DNA of 64,000 bases. Source: an uncultured Thermodesulfobacteriota bacterium (GTDB lineage Bacteria; Desulfobacterota; Desulfarculia; G963662305). Under the pieces are notes generated by a model. The model made no database searches. It was given only the letters and a program-made list of their open reading frames with translations, and had not been told where the DNA came from. This document shows, in pieces, positions 9,401 to 18,833 of this stretch (its first letter is position 1; the number at the start of each line of letters is the position of its first letter). The stretch is from assembly GCA_964634465.1 (NCBI GenBank), contig CAZWLY010000019.1, positions 71-64,070 of the forward strand. Reading direction: 5' to 3'. Made by a program: the position numbers and the translations under genes.

Positions 9401-10987
9401 ATGGACGGTGATCCTCTCGCCCGGCCTAAAGACGCTCTTCTCCAGCCACAACCGGGCCGGCCCGCCGGTCGGCGGAGTCGGCCGGCCGCCGAGGCGGCGC
9501 AGGGTTCGGGGGTGGGGCTTGTTCTTCGCCCTGGCCGCCGGCGAGCCGCCGTCGGCCCGCTTGGTCACGTTCTTGTTGGCGTCCCACCAGACGTAAAAAG
9601 ACTCGAACGTCCCCTTGAAGCTCTCGGCCCCGGGAACGATGTCGAACTCCATCGGCGAGTAGATGCCGATCACCTGGCGGGCCACCTTGGGCGGCAGCCA
9701 CTTCTCCAGAATCCGGGCGTTGTCGTAGATGATCTTGAGCTTGAGCTTGCCGCCGGAGACCTCGCCGGTCACCTTGGCCGAACCCTTGTCGTAGTAGGCT
9801 CGGCCGGTGATGTCCCTTCCGGTCTGGCTCAGTTCCAGCCGGATGTAGGGCTTGCCCTTGGCGTCGAGCATCTCCCACTGGCCGGAAAAATCACCGGTCG
9901 CGCCGGCCGGCGGCGGAGTCGGGGTCGAGGTCGGGACGGAGACGCAGCCGATGGCGGCCACGGCGTCGATGTCGGCTCCGGGCCACCCGCCCTTGCAGGC
10001 CGAGCGTAGATCGGTCAGGCGGACGTACTTGAACCGGTCGCCGGGGCGAACGTAAGGGCCGATATCGACACTGCCGGTACCGCCCCCGGCCCGGCCGGCG
10101 TCGATCCAGGTCCGGCCGTCCCGGCTCAGCTCGACCTTGGTCGGCTCGACGTCCTTGCCTATCTCGAAGATATAGAGGTCTGGGCCGTCGATATCGACGA
10201 TGTCCACGTTGGAGAAATAGAGGGTCAGCGATCCGCCGCAGCCCAGGGAGACGTAGCCGGTCTCCCTCTTGGCGTCGAAGTCCGGCGGGCCCAGGGCGGT
10301 CCGGGGGTCGGTGTGCTTGGCCTCGGGCTTGGGCGAGCCGATCCGATAGTCGATGATCCGGTCGGCGAAAGATTTCTCGCACCGGACCCGGACCTTATTG
10401 CCCTTGTCGTCCTGGTAGTCCCGACCGCCGCCGGCCGGGGAGGTCGGCCGGCCGCCGAGGCGGCGCAGGGTCTGGGGGTAAGGCTTTTTCATCGCCTTGG
10501 CCGCCGGCGAGCCGCCGTCGGCCCGCTTGGTCACGTTCTTGTTGGCGTCCCACCAGACGTAAAAAGACTCGAACGTCCCCTTGAAGCTCTCGGCCCCGGG
10601 AACGATGTCGAACTCCATCGGCGAGTAGATGCCGATCACCTGGCGGGCCACCTTGGGCGGCAGCCACTTCTCCAGAATCCGGGCGTTGTCGTAGATGATC
10701 TTGAGCTTGAGCTTGCCGCCGGAGACCTCGCCGGTCACCTTGGCCGAACCCTTGTCGTAGTAGGCTCGGCCGGTGATGTCCCTTCCGGTCTGGCTCAGCT
10801 CCAGCCGGATGTAGGGCTTGCCCTTGGTGCCGATCACCTCCCACTGGCCGGAAAAATCATCGGTCGCTCCCGCCGCCGAGGCCGGGATCGCCCAGGCGAG
10901 CGCCAGGCAGAGGGCCAAAGCCACGAAGCCTACGAACCGCCACAGAACTCGACCGACCGCGGACACAATCCACCTCCCTCGCATCAA
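6419..10987 (-). CDS. Large secreted multidomain protein: duplicated N-terminal domain, Ig-like domain, ZU5-like domain ending in HFS, papain-like Cys-His-Asp domain, PKD, Cys-rich C-terminus
   Basis: Signal peptide ending AIPASA; Pro/Gly linkers; TRHFSSF; GICSGM..GHALAAY..VYDPNY; FSWDWGDG..HVWSKPGRY. Confidence 0.8.
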   Translation of the reverse strand: MMRGRWIVSAVGRVLWRFVGFVALALCLALAWAIPASAAGATDDFSGQWEVIGTKGKPYIRLELSQTGRDITGRAYYDKGSAKVTGEVSGGKLKLKIIYDNARILEKWLPPKVARQVIGIYSPMEFDIVPGAESFKGTFESFYVWWDANKNVTKRADGGSPAAKAMKKPYPQTLRRLGGRPTSPAGGGRDYQDDKGNKVRVRCEKSFADRIIDYRIGSPKPEAKHTDPRTALGPPDFDAKRETGYVSLGCGGSLTLYFSNVDIVDIDGPDLYIFEIGKDVEPTKVELSRDGRTWIDAGRAGGGTGSVDIGPYVRPGDRFKYVRLTDLRSACKGGWPGADIDAVAAIGCVSVPTSTPTPPPAGATGDFSGQWEMLDAKGKPYIRLELSQTGRDITGRAYYDKGSAKVTGEVSGGKLKLKIIYDNARILEKWLPPKVARQVIGIYSPMEFDIVPGAESFKGTFESFYVWWDANKNVTKRADGGSPAARAKNKPHPRTLRRLGGRPTPPTGGPARLWLEKSVFRPGERITVHFTAPAGYDANAWVGIIPSRVRHGSGRENDKYDLDYKYLNQRTSGRLTFTAPAKPGDYDFRMHDTDRDGREVASVSFRVVKSGRPTPPPQTGVSPGPTPPSGFGRGPQSLIAWIEYIKSGRPFLVVFDTVGDKFDDEGYTGDWRTDPMGTLKAGQTYRVVYSGGKFTCTGFNEHDGRRSTYVYSNADPDDALISLWGRVYAFDGRGRVWDLTYGLVGHLRVPAGPGGASLGPGRGAPPGGVLAQKKIPPSGGTITVAKPGDPLDGLKIEIPAGAYPETRTFTITRRPVPPAARTSSWVHPITPLIEVDNGGGYAEELMVVRIPARIAPGRFAMPFFYDPATGRLEGMPVVEWDESGLTAVTRHFSSFFVSDVAVEALDRLNRVESGFTPGRDNWGFINEGSYLSPGGICSGMAMTAMWYYLERYKQTKQGLQRRFDNAPRAFATPKLGADDSTGIRWASVVQRDQVGYSKRAGIEVISEWQEKAPQKLDEGVWYCFVYSMLVTREPQYVSIWGQDETSGEWYGHALAAYAVDMTTGRLSVYDPNYDPSSGREIEFDQTRKRFKKYLSALNAKELKQGNGLPFKGFCYFAKSAVVDWKLLASRWKQVEAKTIGRGLFPAYHWEVVDEKGRSQGRIKGTYTTVQDKIRLSIEPDGDTRMSFATDFWRASLAPAGDTRASAKLTKFKVKVENGVAEVPLQPGLNWIGVEIWAATSKGDIAWAGFDWFRIQRGRLTITPARVKGVVGIPISFTAAAEIMPAGAGFSWDWGDGARTGTGERNAAAHVWSKPGRYTAVVSLIDQASGRALAQAEAQVTIEAVAGGTEPPPPADGCPDDLLKWCRERNFKPLKCLKCRVRTEPIGKCEDCAFPRVYKGEGLWTAVGRASSGANREASCPRPVQVTLKLEPAPSNKALILINGASCPQIDDDRGAVCERCGLLVFRGRHDAQGRFTITDKQRRVSIKGTFGSQSLEGGGSWRFSLGGGSIDERIEFKLKRVK
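9477..10867. repeat. Intragenic direct duplication of about 420 bp (9477-9900 vs 10443-10867, offset 966)
   Basis: Core 9532-9861 and 10498-10827 are identical except one synonymous site (9833/10799). The flanks are patchily diverged. Confidence 0.92.
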
Positions 10988-11034
10988 ACCGAAACCAGAC
11001 CAAAACCTTGGCGTTCTACCAATCCACTCTAAAC

Positions 11035-11105
11035 AGCCTACTTCCGCGCTCGACGACCGTCAACGGCTGTCTCCGATTGACAAAAACTCCCGCCGCTTAC
11101 ATACT
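11035..11105. promoter_or_regulatory. Back-to-back sigma70-type promoters for the mosaic gene (-) and the ispG operon (+)
   Basis: Minus: TTGACG(11063-11058)-17-TAGGCT(11040-11035). Plus: TTGACA(11077-11082)-17-CATACT(11100-11105). Confidence 0.55.
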
Positions 11106-11114
11106 AGCCGGGCT

Positions 11115-12182
11115 ATGCTTTTCAAGCCAAGACGCCACAGCAGGGCCATTTCGATCGGCGGTTTGAGCCTGGGCGGCGACGCCCCGGTCAGGGTCCAGTC
11201 GATGACCAACACCGACACCCGCGACGTGGCCGCCACCCTGGCCCAGATCGAACGCCTGACCAAAGTCGGCTGCGAGATCGTCCGGGTGGCCGTGCCCGAT
11301 CAGGCCGCCGTGGAGGCCCTGGCCCACATCAAGGCCAACTGCTCCATCCCGCTGGTGGCCGACGTCCACTTCGATCACCGGCTGGCCCTCGATTCGCTGG
11401 TCGCCGGGGCGGATTGCGTCCGGATCAACCCCGGCAACATCGGCGGTCTGGGCCGCTTGCTGGAAATCGCCGAGAAGGCGGCGGAGCTTTCGGCCTGCCT
11501 GCGGGTCGGGGTCAATGCCGGCTCGCTGGAGAAGGACCTGTTGGAGAAATACGGCCGGCCCGGTCCGGCCGCCCTGGTCGAATCGGCCCTGCGCTCGGTC
11601 AGGGCACTGGAAGAGAACGGCTTTCTGAACTTCAAGGTGTCGCTCAAATCCTCGGACGTCAGGGAGAACATCGAGGCCTGCCGTCTCTTCGCCGCCGAAT
11701 CCGAAGCGCCGCTCCACATCGGCGTCACCGAGGCCGGGCCGCTCATCCCCGGCGTGGTCAAGTCGGCCTTGGGGATCGGCTTCATTCTGGCGATGGGCGT
11801 CGGCGAAACACTCCGGGTGTCTTTGACCCGCGACCCGGTGGAGGAGGTCAAGGTCGGTTACGAGATCCTGCGGGCCCTGGGACTTCGCCGGCGGGGAGTG
11901 GAGATCGTCTCCTGCCCCACCTGCGGGCGAACCGAGGTCGATATCTTCGGCTTGGTGGAGCGGGTCGAGGCCGCCCTGGATCACGTCGAGGAGCCGGTCA
12001 AGGTGGCGGTCATGGGCTGCGTGGTCAACGGCCCGGGCGAGGCCAGGGAGGCCGACGTCGGCGTGGCCGGCGGCCGGGGCCAGGGGCTCATCTTCGCCAA
12101 GGGCGAGCGGCAAAGAAAGATCAGCGAGGACGAGATCGTCTCGGCCCTGGTGGCCGAAGTCGAGAAATTCATCAGGAGTTAA
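11115..12182 (+). CDS. ispG: (E)-4-hydroxy-3-methylbut-2-enyl-diphosphate synthase
   Basis: VQSMTNT, PLVADVHF, RINPGNIG, SCPTCGR, MGCVVNGPGEA; ATG at 11115. Confidence 0.96.
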   Translation: MLFKPRRHSRAISIGGLSLGGDAPVRVQSMTNTDTRDVAATLAQIERLTKVGCEIVRVAVPDQAAVEALAHIKANCSIPLVADVHFDHRLALDSLVAGADCVRINPGNIGGLGRLLEIAEKAAELSACLRVGVNAGSLEKDLLEKYGRPGPAALVESALRSVRALEENGFLNFKVSLKSSDVRENIEACRLFAAESEAPLHIGVTEAGPLIPGVVKSALGIGFILAMGVGETLRVSLTRDPVEEVKVGYEILRALGLRRRGVEIVSCPTCGRTEVDIFGLVERVEAALDHVEEPVKVAVMGCVVNGPGEAREADVGVAGGRGQGLIFAKGERQRKISEDEIVSALVAEVEKFIRS

Positions 12183-12194
12183 GGAGATTTTTTC

Positions 12195-13910
12195 GTGAGA
12201 CTTTCCCGCTACTTCCTGCCCACCTTGCGTCAGGTCCCCTCGGACGCCGAGGTGATCAGCCACATTTTGATGCTCAGAGCGGGCATGATCCGCAAGCTGT
12301 CGTCAGGCATCTACTCCTACCTGCCTTACGGTTTCGCCGCCTTCAAGAAGGTCGAGCAGATCGTCCGGGAGGAGATGAACCGGGCCGGGGCGATCGAGAT
12401 GTTCATGCCCGAAGTCCAGCCGGCCGAGGTGTGGATCGAGTCGGGCCGCTGGACGTACTACGGCAAGGAGCTGTTGCGCTTCAAAGACCGGCACGACAAC
12501 GACTACTGCCTGGCGCCGACCAACGAGGAGGTCATCACCGACATCTGCCGCAAGGAGATCCGCTCCTACCGGGACATGCCGATCAACCTCTACCACATTC
12601 AGCAGAAGTTCCGCGACGAGATCCGACCCCGCTTCGGCGTGATGCGCGGTCGCCAGTTCTGCATGAAGGACGCCTACTCCTTCGACGTGGACGAAGAAGC
12701 CTCGGCCGAAAGCTATAAATTGATGTACGACGCCTACGTGAGAATCTTCTCCCGGATGGGGCTCGAGTTCAAGGCGGTCGAGGCCGACTCCGGCGCGATC
12801 GGCGGCTCGTTCTCCCACGAGTTCATGGTCCTGGCCGAGACCGGCGAGGACGCGGTCGTCTCCTGCACCAAGTGCGACTTCGGGGCCAACATCGAGCGGG
12901 CCGAGGTGGCGCCGGGCGAGTTCACCCCCCCCGACAAGGAGCCCGGCCCGATGGAGAAGTTCGCCACGCCCGGCGTCCATACCATCGAGGACCTGGCCGA
13001 CTTCGAGGGCTGTAAGCCTTCCGACCTGGTCAAGATCGTGGTCTTCATCACCGACAAGGGGCCGGTGGCCGCTTTCGCCAGGGGCGACCACGAGGTCAAC
13101 CAGGTCAAGGTCATGCGGGCCGTCGGCGCGGAGATGATCGAGCTGGCCTCGCCCGAGGACATGGAGACCTACTGCCACGCCCCGGCCGGCTCGTGCGGTC
13201 CGGTGGGCATCGACCCTGGAGTCAGGCTGTTGGCCGACAACGCGCTGAGGGGCGTAAACAGTTGGGTCACCGGCGCCAACGAGGACGGCTACCACCTGCG
13301 CCGCGCCTGCCCCGGCCGGGACTTCCCCGTGCCGGAGTACACCGACCTGCGCCTCATCCAGGAGGGCGATCCCTGCCCCCGCTGCGGCGGGCCGGTCCAT
13401 TTCCTGCGCGGCATCGAGGTCGGCCACGTCTTCAGGCTGGGGACCAAGTACTCCAAGGCGATGAACGCCACCTATCTCGACCAGGACGGCAAGCAGCGCC
13501 CGATCGTCATGGGTTGCTACGGCATCGGCATCGACCGGACCTTGGCCGCGGCCATCGAGCAAAACCACGACGAAAACGGGATGATCCTGCCGGCGCCGAT
13601 CGCCCCGTTCACCGCCCTGGTCCTGCCGGCCGGCAACGACGAAAAGGTCGCTAAAGCGGCCGAAGAGATTTATAATGAACTTATAGGCCTGGGCGTAGAC
13701 GCCCTTTTGGACGACCGGGACGCCCGGGCGGGCGTGAAGTTCAAAGACGCCGACCTCATCGGCGTACCCTATCGGATCACCGTCGGCCGGGACTTGAAAG
13801 ACGGCCTGGTGGAGCTCAAAGCCCGGACGGAAAGCGAGGCGACCAAGGTCGAGGCGAGCGCCGCGGCGGCCAAGACCGCCGAGTCGATCGCCGAAAAGCT
13901 TAAATTTTGA
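12195..13910 (+). CDS. proS: Proline--tRNA ligase with editing insertion
   Basis: LAPTNEE, FRDEIRPRFG, GIEVGHVF, MGCYGIG. Confidence 0.97.
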   Translation: MRLSRYFLPTLRQVPSDAEVISHILMLRAGMIRKLSSGIYSYLPYGFAAFKKVEQIVREEMNRAGAIEMFMPEVQPAEVWIESGRWTYYGKELLRFKDRHDNDYCLAPTNEEVITDICRKEIRSYRDMPINLYHIQQKFRDEIRPRFGVMRGRQFCMKDAYSFDVDEEASAESYKLMYDAYVRIFSRMGLEFKAVEADSGAIGGSFSHEFMVLAETGEDAVVSCTKCDFGANIERAEVAPGEFTPPDKEPGPMEKFATPGVHTIEDLADFEGCKPSDLVKIVVFITDKGPVAAFARGDHEVNQVKVMRAVGAEMIELASPEDMETYCHAPAGSCGPVGIDPGVRLLADNALRGVNSWVTGANEDGYHLRRACPGRDFPVPEYTDLRLIQEGDPCPRCGGPVHFLRGIEVGHVFRLGTKYSKAMNATYLDQDGKQRPIVMGCYGIGIDRTLAAAIEQNHDENGMILPAPIAPFTALVLPAGNDEKVAKAAEEIYNELIGLGVDALLDDRDARAGVKFKDADLIGVPYRITVGRDLKDGLVELKARTESEATKVEASAAAAKTAESIAEKLKF

Positions 13911-16054
13911 TCCGTCTCTCCGACATAACCGACGCCGTTTCGGCCTACCATCCCAAGGCCGATCTGGGGCTGATCCGGCGGGCCTACATCTTTGCCGCCA
14001 AGGCCCACCAGGGCCAGGTCAGGCTCTCGGGTGAGCCCTACCTGGCCCATCCTTTGGAGGTGGCGGCGATACTGACCAGGATACGCCTCGACGCGGCCGC
14101 CGTGGCCGCCGGACTGCTGCACGACACCGTCGAGGACTCGGCGGCCACGATCGAGGAGATCCAAAACCTCTTCGGCGAGGAGGTGGCCCGTATCGTCGAG
14201 GGCGTGACCAAGATTTCGGCCATGACCTTCCGCTCCCGGGCGGCGGCCCAGGCCGAGAACATCCGCAAGATGATTCTGGCCATGGCCGACGACATCCGGG
14301 TGCTCCTGGTCAAGCTGGCCGACCGGCTGCACAACATGCGCACCCTCGGCTTCCAGGAGGACGACAAGCAGACCCGAATCGCCCAGGAGACGCTGGACAT
14401 CTACGCCCCCCTGGCCGGCCGACTGGGCATCCACTGGATGAAGTCCGAGCTGGAGGACCTCTGCCTCTACTACCTGGAGCCCGAAGCCTACCGCCGCATC
14501 GCCCAAGGCATGGACCAGCGGCTGGACCAGCGCCGGGCCTACGTGGAGAAGGTCAAGGCCATCCTGGCCGAAAAGCTGGCCGAGCACGGGCTCAAAGCCC
14601 GGGTCGAGGGCCGGCCCAAGCACTTCTATTCCATCTACAAGAAGATGATCGGCCAGCACCTGGGGTTGGATCAGCTCTTCGACATCATCGGCTTTCGGAT
14701 CATCGTCGATGAGGTCAAGGCCTGCTACGACGCCCTGGGTCTCGTCCACTCGTTGTGGAAGTTCATCCCCGGCCGGTTCAAGGACTACATCAACCTGCCC
14801 AAGCCCAACGGGTATCAATCGCTCCACACCTCGGTGCTGGGCCCGGAGGGGATCAGGATCGAGATCCAGATCCGGACCGAGGAGATGCACCGGGTGGCCG
14901 AGGAGGGCATCGCCGCCCACTGGCGCTACAAGGAGGGCGGCGGGGCCTTGGACGCGGCCGAAGGCGACCGTTTCGCCTGGCTGAGAAGGCTGTTGGAGTG
15001 GCAAAAAGAGCTGTCCGACCCCCGCGAGTTCCTGGACTCGGTCCGGATCGAGCTCTACAGCGACGAAGTCCACGTCTTCACTCCCCAGGGCGAGGTCAAG
15101 GTCCTGCCCAAAGGCGCCACCCCGGTCGATTTCGCCTACGCCATCCACTCCGAGGTCGGCCACCACTGCGCCGGAGCCAAGGTGAACGGCAACATCGTGC
15201 CGTTGAGGTACAAGCTTCAGACCGGCGACGTGGTCGAGATCATCACCAACAAGAACCGCCACCCGTCCAAGGACTGGCTTGGTTTCGTCGTCACCTCCAA
15301 GGCCAGACAGCGCATCAGGTCCTGGATCAAGGCCGAGGAGCGCTCCCGCTCCGAGGCCATCGGCCGGGAGCTTCTGGACAAGCAGCTCGTTCGGATGGGC
15401 TCCAGCTACAAGGCCGTCTTCAAGGACGGCCGGCTGGAGAAGGCGGCGGCCGCCTTCTCGCTCCAGGACGCCGAGGCGGTGACGGTGGCCGTCGGCTACG
15501 GCAAGCTGACCCCGCTCCAGGTCATCCATAAGATCTTCCCGCCCGAGGAGGTGGACGAGGAGAAAGGACCGGGCTTCCTGGACCGGATGGTCCGAAAGGT
15601 CCGCAAAAAGAGCAAGGACGGGATCAAGGTCAAGGGTCTGGACGACATCCTGATCCGCTTCGCCCAGTGCTGCACTCCGCTGCCCGGCGACGAGGTGATC
15701 GGCTTCATCACCCACGGCCGGGGGGTGTCCATCCACCGGGTCGAGTGTCCCAACGTCCAGGCCGCCGACCCCCACCGGCTGGTCGAGGTGGAATGGGAGG
15801 CCGACGAGGACATCGGCCACGCCGTCAAGCTCCAGATCACCTCCCACGACGAGACCGGCACCCTGGCCGCGGTGACCAACGTCTTCTCCGGCCACGCGGT
15901 CAACATCACCGAGGCCCACATCCGCACCAACGACAAGAACAACGCCACCATGGACCTGACGGTCATCGTCAAGGACCGCCGCCAGTTGGATCGGTTGATG
16001 GCCGACCTGAAGAAGATCTCGGCCGTCAACCGGGTGGCGAGGGTGAGCAGCTAG
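13907..16054 (+). CDS. relA: Bifunctional (p)ppGpp synthetase/hydrolase (long RSH)
   Basis: Intact HD motif (LLHDTVED), KPNGYQSLHT, EIQIRT, TGS, ZFD (CC..H..C) and ACT domains. Confidence 0.95.
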   Translation: MIRLSDITDAVSAYHPKADLGLIRRAYIFAAKAHQGQVRLSGEPYLAHPLEVAAILTRIRLDAAAVAAGLLHDTVEDSAATIEEIQNLFGEEVARIVEGVTKISAMTFRSRAAAQAENIRKMILAMADDIRVLLVKLADRLHNMRTLGFQEDDKQTRIAQETLDIYAPLAGRLGIHWMKSELEDLCLYYLEPEAYRRIAQGMDQRLDQRRAYVEKVKAILAEKLAEHGLKARVEGRPKHFYSIYKKMIGQHLGLDQLFDIIGFRIIVDEVKACYDALGLVHSLWKFIPGRFKDYINLPKPNGYQSLHTSVLGPEGIRIEIQIRTEEMHRVAEEGIAAHWRYKEGGGALDAAEGDRFAWLRRLLEWQKELSDPREFLDSVRIELYSDEVHVFTPQGEVKVLPKGATPVDFAYAIHSEVGHHCAGAKVNGNIVPLRYKLQTGDVVEIITNKNRHPSKDWLGFVVTSKARQRIRSWIKAEERSRSEAIGRELLDKQLVRMGSSYKAVFKDGRLEKAAAAFSLQDAEAVTVAVGYGKLTPLQVIHKIFPPEEVDEEKGPGFLDRMVRKVRKKSKDGIKVKGLDDILIRFAQCCTPLPGDEVIGFITHGRGVSIHRVECPNVQAADPHRLVEVEWEADEDIGHAVKLQITSHDETGTLAAVTNVFSGHAVNITEAHIRTNDKNNATMDLTVIVKDRRQLDRLMADLKKISAVNRVARVSS

Positions 16055-16337
16055 CCCCGACCGATTCCCAGAAGTTTGGAGCTTGAAGCCGGATGAGCCG
16101 AGAATCGGCCAAGGGCGGCGATCGTCCGGCCGGGGGCGACGGTCGCCGGAAAAAGGGGGACGGGCCAGGGGAAATAGATCGGCGGGCTCGCCCACGCACC
16201 CCCGCCGCCTGCCGGCCGCAGGGGCGTCGTTGGCCTCGATGGTCGCGAAAAGGGGCGATCCTGTCCGGTGGAGCGTCCCCAACAAGAAGCCGCCGAGGCC
16301 AAAGCCCCGGCGGCCCGACAATTCCTTACAACCGGCC

Positions 16338-16520
16338 TTAAGAGACCTTCTTCTCGATCTTGCCGGAACGGATGCAGCGGGTGCAGACGGTCATCCGACC
16401 CTGGGTGGTCCTGACGGTCTGCAGGTTGGGGTTGAACCGCCGCTTGGTCTTGTTGTGGGCGTGGCTGACATTGTAGCCGGTCTGGTGCCGCTTGCCGCAA
16501 ATCTCGCAAACCCTGGACAT
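16338..16520 (-). CDS. rpmB: 50S ribosomal protein L28 (Zn-ribbon form)
   Basis: [27 protein letters not shown]. Confidence 0.96.
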   Translation of the reverse strand: MSRVCEICGKRHQTGYNVSHAHNKTKRRFNPNLQTVRTTQGRMTVCTRCIRSGKIEKKVS

Positions 16521-16703
16521 GGCGTCGCTCCTTGAATCTAGTGGTCCCTAAAGGACCGAGGCTGTCTTATACACTCTCTTTTCGGGATTGGCAAGTCTTT
16601 TTGTGGAGCCGCACCCGGCCCGGCCCGTCGCAAAGTGCTGGCCCTGTCCAACGCCGCCGGGTTAAGATGAGGGCATCCGAAAACGATATCTTGGGAGGAG
16701 GCG

Positions 16704-17693
16704 GTGTCGTTTCGTGTGTCGCCCAAAATGTGGCCCGTTCTCGCCCTGGCCTCGCCGGTGTTGATTCCCTGGCTGGTGAGCAAGTCGCTCCGCTTCGCCA
16801 GGGGGCGGGCCGCGGCGGAAAAACAAAACGCCGAGCGGTTGGCCGCCGCCAGGCCCTTGGAGTTGCCCCGACTCGAGCGGCTCGAGATAACCCCGCTGGT
16901 CGAACAGTTCGCCGAGCCCGGCTTCGAGGGCGACTCCGGCGTGTCCTACTTCATCGAGACCGAGTTGGGGGCGCTGGTCATGGACGTCGGCTACGGCCCG
17001 GCCAACGGCGTCTTGACCCACAACGCCGCCAGGCTGGGGCGAACGCTCGACGACGCCCAGGCGCTGGTCATCAGCCACCTCCACCTGGACCACATGGGCG
17101 GACTGGAGGGGCAGCGAAACAGAAAGGTCGCCCTGCCGCCGGAGTTCGCCGCCGCCGAGCCCAAGCCGTGCTATCTGCCCGACGAGGCCGACTGCCAGGG
17201 GCTTCGGGCGATCCGAGTGGTGGAGCCCCGGCTGATCGAGGCCGGCCTGGCGACCACCGGGCCGTTGGCCCGGATGCTCTACTTCTTCGGGCTGACCCAG
17301 GAGCAGGCCCTGCTCGGCTGGCTCGAGGGCAAGGGGATCGCCGTCATCACCGGCTGCGGTCACCCGACCATCCAGACCATCCTGGCCATGGTCGAGCGGC
17401 TGACGAGCGAGCCGATCTACGCCGTGGTCGGCGGCCTGCACTTTCCGGTCACCGCCTCCCGGTCGGTCAGAAACGGCCTTGCGGCCCAACGCCTGTTCGG
17501 CACCGGCAAGGGGCTGCTTTCGCCCATCAACGACGACGACCTGTCCCGGGCCGTCGAGGCGCTCAACGAGGCCGGCGTCAAGCGGTTGCTGATCTCGGCC
17601 CACGATAGCTGCGATCACGCCCTGACCCGCTTCGAGGCCGAGCTCGACGGTCGGGTGGAGGCGCTCAAGGCCGGAGCGACCTACCGGCTCTGA
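16704..17693 (+). CDS. Metallo-beta-lactamase-fold hydrolase
   Basis: ISHLHLDHMGG, ITGCGHP, VGGLH. Confidence 0.85.
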   Translation: MSFRVSPKMWPVLALASPVLIPWLVSKSLRFARGRAAAEKQNAERLAAARPLELPRLERLEITPLVEQFAEPGFEGDSGVSYFIETELGALVMDVGYGPANGVLTHNAARLGRTLDDAQALVISHLHLDHMGGLEGQRNRKVALPPEFAAAEPKPCYLPDEADCQGLRAIRVVEPRLIEAGLATTGPLARMLYFFGLTQEQALLGWLEGKGIAVITGCGHPTIQTILAMVERLTSEPIYAVVGGLHFPVTASRSVRNGLAAQRLFGTGKGLLSPINDDDLSRAVEALNEAGVKRLLISAHDSCDHALTRFEAELDGRVEALKAGATYRL

Positions 17694-17797
17694 ACCGACG
17701 CCGCGGCCGGCAGGGGGCATTCGACCTTGATTCGGCGACGCCTCCCGGCTAAATTGTCTCCGCTCCGGGGATTGTTAAAGATCAAACGAGTGTAGTC

Positions 17798-18829
17798 GTG
17801 TCCGACAACGAGCGCTGGCGACAACTCAAGCAGGCCTACGACATCCTCCAGGAGAACGAGCGGGCCTACTACAACATCAGGGAGATCCGGCACGCCATCA
17901 TCGCCGCCCGGACCCTGGGCGGGGTGGTGACCGGCCTGATCCAAGGGCTGTCCTCCCTGGACGTGGACCAGGTCTCGCTGACCGTGGTCGAGGGGCTCAT
18001 CGCCAACTTCTCCCAACTTCTGGAATCCCTGCCCCAAGACATCGGCCGGCGGGTGCTGTTGGCCCGCGAAGAGAAGCTGCGGCCGGCGCTGATGCCGAAC
18101 GGCAAGCTCATCACCCTGACCGACCCCGGCCGGGTCGATCTGACCGCCTACTTCGGCCGCCCGGGCGAGAAAGTCCGCTCCTGCGTGATCAGTCCGATGG
18201 CCTACCACCACCGGCTGATGGGCTCCGTCAACCTGGGTTCCTATTCGGCCAAACGCTTCCCGTCCGATCTGTCGCCCATCTATCTGGAGGACCTGGCCGC
18301 GACCGCGGCGCTGTGCATCGACAACGCCCTGGCCCACGAGCTCAACGAGAGCCTGGCCGCCTCCGACCCGCTGACCGGCGTCTACAACCGGCGCTACTTC
18401 TACGAGCACGCCGAACGGATGTTCAACCAGGCCCGGCGGTCGGGGGCCCCCTTGTCGTGCCTCTACATCGACCTCGACGACTTCAAGGCCGTCAACGACG
18501 GCCACGGTCACGAGGCTGGCGACGAGGTCCTCAAGCGGATCGCCCAGGCGGTCGACCGGCGGGTCAGGCGCTCCGACCTCTTCTGCCGCCTGGGAGGCGA
18601 CGAGTTCGCCCTGCTCCTGCCCGACACCGCTCCGGCCGAGGCCGAGACGCTGGCCAAAGAGATCGTCGGGGTGATAGAGGGCGTCTCCCTGGCCGAAGCC
18701 GGGATCGAGACCCGCCTTTCGGCCTCGATCGGTCTGGCAACGATGGCGGAAAGCGACGAAACGATCTACGATCTGGTCGGTCGGGCCGACGAGGCCATGT
18801 ACCGGGTCAAGTCGAAGCGAAAGGGCTAG
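17798..18829 (+). CDS. Diguanylate cyclase with N-terminal GAF/DUF484-like domain
   Basis: DPLTGVYNRR, DLDDFKAVND.HGH..GD, RLGGDEF with RxxD I-site. Confidence 0.92.
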   Translation: MSDNERWRQLKQAYDILQENERAYYNIREIRHAIIAARTLGGVVTGLIQGLSSLDVDQVSLTVVEGLIANFSQLLESLPQDIGRRVLLAREEKLRPALMPNGKLITLTDPGRVDLTAYFGRPGEKVRSCVISPMAYHHRLMGSVNLGSYSAKRFPSDLSPIYLEDLAATAALCIDNALAHELNESLAASDPLTGVYNRRYFYEHAERMFNQARRSGAPLSCLYIDLDDFKAVNDGHGHEAGDEVLKRIAQAVDRRVRRSDLFCRLGGDEFALLLPDTAPAEAETLAKEIVGVIEGVSLAEAGIETRLSASIGLATMAESDETIYDLVGRADEAMYRVKSKRKG

Positions 18830-18833
18830 CGGC

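Noticed and set aside
9477-10867. Repeat pair as DGR template/variable repeats
   Set aside because: Both copies are in frame in one ORF, the differences are not adenine-specific, and no reverse transcriptase is present.
13769-16321. 850-aa minus-strand ORF, and similar long antisense ORFs (33907-36564, 40506-42812, 46452-48377, 48501-52088)
   Set aside because: Shadow frames of well-supported genes in GC-rich DNA with strong codon bias; no recognisable motifs.
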